This document shows positions 61,101 through 64,000 of a DNA stretch of 64,000 nucleotides, piece after piece (within the stretch, counting starts at the first letter, position 1; each line of letters opens with the position of its first letter). The DNA is from Bilabrum cf. latius. Lineage: Eukaryota. Below the pieces are notes generated by a model. The model was not told where the DNA came from and searched no databases. It saw nothing but the letters and a program-made list of their open reading frames with translations. A program made the position numbers and the translations under genes. Location: the NCBI GenBank assembly GCA_965178125.1, contig OZ237763.1, forward strand, positions 620,001 through 684,000. Reading direction: 5' to 3'.

Positions 61101-64000
61101 GGAGCCCGTGTACCTCGACGTCTCCTCCACCTCGATCACGTTGGCCGCTTGGACCTCCTCCACGCAGTCGCGGCCGATGTCCACGGCGCGGCCGATGGAG
61201 TGCCACTCAGAGTCGCTGGAGGACGGGCGCTCGGCCGGCTGCTCCGTGCTGGACCACCGCCCGTACCTGTACAGCTGGTACCGCTGGTCGTTCTTGCGCT
61301 GCTTGCCCAGCACGAGCTGCAGCTCCTCACCGTCCGTGGCGTGGAACACGTACGCCAAGTTGACCGAGCTGTGCCTCGTTTCCTTGATCATGAACCAGCC
61401 CTCGCCACCGCTCTCAGAGCGGTCTCGCGTGGACCACACGAACTGCACCTGAGCCATGCACTGCGCGTTCTTGCGGTTGTTGCTGAACGAGTTGACGATG
61501 TAGGGGCCCGAGTTGCCCTCGGAGCGGTAGGGGCGGGGGTACCCCTCCACCAGCCGGTCCGCGCACTCCCTGTCCTCGCGACCAGTGCACCCGCCCACCT
61601 CGTACTGGTCGTACCCGCAGGTCGTGCAGGCGGCGCACTCCCTGTTCTGGAAGATGTCCTCCTCGTCGTCTGGGTGAGAGCCCCGGCAGCTCTTGGTCTC
61701 GTACTCCGAACCGGACCTGCACGTGGAGCACTCGAGGCACCAGTCGGCCTGCGCGAGCTGGCTGGCGTCGTAGGTGTCGGCCCTGCACACGGGGTTCTTG
61801 TACTCGCTGCTGGACCCGCACGGTGCGCAGAAGCACCTCGTGCCCACGGTGGACGTGCCTCCGATCCTGGTGAAGCTGTCGGCCTCAGAGGCGGTACCCA
61901 GGCGGTAGGCCAGGCCGGTCACTGCCCTGTTGCCGCCGTTGATCTTCAACACCTCGAGGAAGCCTTGCTGACCCTGGGCCAGCACCACGTCGGCCTGGAA
62001 GCCGTTGTCTAGGCCCTGCACGCGGAACTCGCGGTGAGGCTCGATCATGTCCCTGTACCACGCGGGCTTGTCGCCCTGGTACCATGCCACGCGCAGTGTG
62101 GACTCGCAGCTGTCGCCGCGCGCCCGCCCCTGGGTCTGCATGAGCGTCAGCTTGCCGTTCTCGAAGCCGTTCCTCGTCTCTGCGTTGGGCCCGATGGAGA
62201 AGTCATACTCGTCCGTGTTTCCAGCGCCGGAGATGGCCACGCACCGCTGCGGCTGGTCAGCGGCACAGCTGCCCAGGGGCGCGAAGCCGGCCTCGCAGGT
62301 GATCTCGGGGCACAGCACTGCCACACGGAAGCGGATGGTATCAGTGGCGCTGCCATCCTCGGCAACGAGCTGCATCTCAATCTGGTAGCTGCCCGCACCG
62401 CCGTCGAAGACGGACGCGTCGGCCAGCACGACCTGCGCCGTGCTGGGCTCGTCACCGTCACCGGGCGTGATGCGGATCTCCAAGCCGTCGGTCTCGAAGC
62501 AACCATCCGCTTCACAGGCGCCATCTGTCACGCCGCTGGGCTGCCCGGGCTTGAGGTGCGTGCAGTGGCACGTCAGCACGCCGTCCACAGTCACGGGATC
62601 GGGGTGGGAGAAGGCCACAGACGCGCCCACGATGGCGCTGCCCACGGCTGCGTTCTTGCGGATGGAGGCGGGAATGCCGTCCAGGGCGGGCTGGGACAGG
62701 ACGACGGGGGCCTCGACCACGTCCAGCACTGTCAGGGTCACGGTCACGGTGTCGGCGTCGGCCAGAGCCACCTTGCCGTCCAGCGCCGCCACGGTCACCG
62801 TGACGATGTTGCTGCCCCCGTTGGCCACCATGGCCTCGAAGTCCTCGCCGGAGCCAGCGTAGCTGATCGTGGTGACGCCAGCGCTGGTGCTGATCTGGAA
62901 GAGAGCAGCGCTGTCGCCGACCACCTGGTACGTGACCTCGTCGCTCCTGTCGCGGTCCGTGGCATCCAGCTCGCCCAGGACCACCGGGCCAGCCACGTTC
63001 TCCTCGATGCTGGCGGCGATGTCACCGCTCTGGAACTCGGGGTCGAACTCAAGGTTGCGCACGGTGAAGGAGAACCCGATCGAGGCCTTGAGGTTGCCGC
63101 TGTCGGTGGCCACCACGGTGGGGGACTGGGTCTGGGGCAAGCGGACCACGTCCTCGAACGCGATGGGCCCGCCGGTCATGGACACGATGCCCTCTGAGGA
63201 GATGGTCAGCGGGTAGGCGGCCGCGATCTGGTCGGGGATGCGCAGGGTAATGGTGAGAGAGTCGCCCGCGTCCTGGTCACGGAACAAGGCGCTCATGTCA
63301 AGCCCCGAGGAGGACTGCAGGTCAGTGCTCTGCTCGTCCACGCTGAAAGCGATCGAGGAACGGAGCCTCCTCGGCGCCTCGTTCACGTCCTGCACCTCGA
63401 TTCGGATGAGCACGCTGGCAGGCCCCGGGGCGCCAGGGCCCTCATTGGCAAGGTCTGGGTCACCGACCGTAAGCCTGTACACGAACACGTTGCCAGAGGG
63501 ACTCTCGAAGTCGAACCCGTCAGAATTGGAGCGCTGCTCCAGGATGCCCAGGTCGTTCAGGAACTCGACCTGATCCGTGGGCTCGTCGTTGGGGGTCTGC
63601 CCCTGCTGCGGCACGAACTCGATCGACCAATCGATGAAGAGCTGATCGGAGAAACCGTCGGGGTCCCGGAAGATATTGTCCGCGGCTGCGATCTGCAGGG
63701 GGAAATTGGGCACGTCGTTCTCGTCGACCTGGTACACGATGGGCGTCTGCACCCCGGGGATGATCACCACTTGCTCGTCCACGTCCCTGATCTCGATCTC
63801 GAGCAGGGTGGCGGACGAGGCCAGCCGACGGCGGAAGGAAGCATGCCTCTCGGAGTCGCCGCCCAGGCTGGCGAGCCTGCGGGAGGCGGGCTGGTTGTCT
63901 TCCACCACCAGGCGGAGGAGCCTGCGATCCTGCATGTCAGACGATCCGGAGAAGTCTGTCTCGAAGTCGAGGAGGGCGCCGCACCCCTCCCCGCTGGGCT
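58200..64000 (-). CDS. Large type I membrane protein (5'-partial): cadherin-like repeats, TNFR-like Cys repeats, six unrecognised repeats, one TM helix; in-frame TAG at 60618
   Basis: Cadherin motifs VDEN, DPD, DFE, VQDVNEAP, IEEN..ATDRD; Cys repeats CSTC..EYETKSC..NRECAACTTC; TM VLVGAVVVAALALVGMVAAIAVAV; TGA stop. Confidence 0.85.

Noticed and set aside
1-64000. Suppressor tRNA-Gln(CUA) or eRF1 gene within the window
   Set aside because: I saw no tRNA cloverleaf or eRF1 motifs by eye; tRNAscan-SE is needed to be sure.

Overview
Compact, GC-rich eukaryotic nuclear DNA with short GT-AG introns. It is probably from a heterotrophic protist; the gene content and Ala/Gly/Ser-rich insertions look stramenopile-like, but the taxon cannot be fixed from sequence alone. 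I model 21 protein-coding genes and one RNase MRP RNA gene. Main result: the organism appears to use a non-standard nuclear genetic code in which UAG encodes glutamine while UGA and apparently UAA remain stops (equivalent to translation table 15). About 65 in-frame TAG codons interrupt 17 of the 21 models, including housekeeping genes (ORC1, UTP14, MVD, PIG-K). They come without frameshifts and several sit at conserved Gln positions. No in-frame TAA or TGA was found in any modelled exon, and models end in TGA (18) or TAA (3). The supplied ORF track therefore fragments most genes. Other points of interest: a head-to-head pair of hybrid histidine kinases with near-identical catalytic halves but diverged sensor halves; a SAP30-like domain fused to a PHD finger lacking one whole zinc site; a cadherin-type surface protein with six copies of an unrecognised domain; and several ~150-200 bp divergent promoters. 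All domain calls are by motif recognition from memory; no searches were run.
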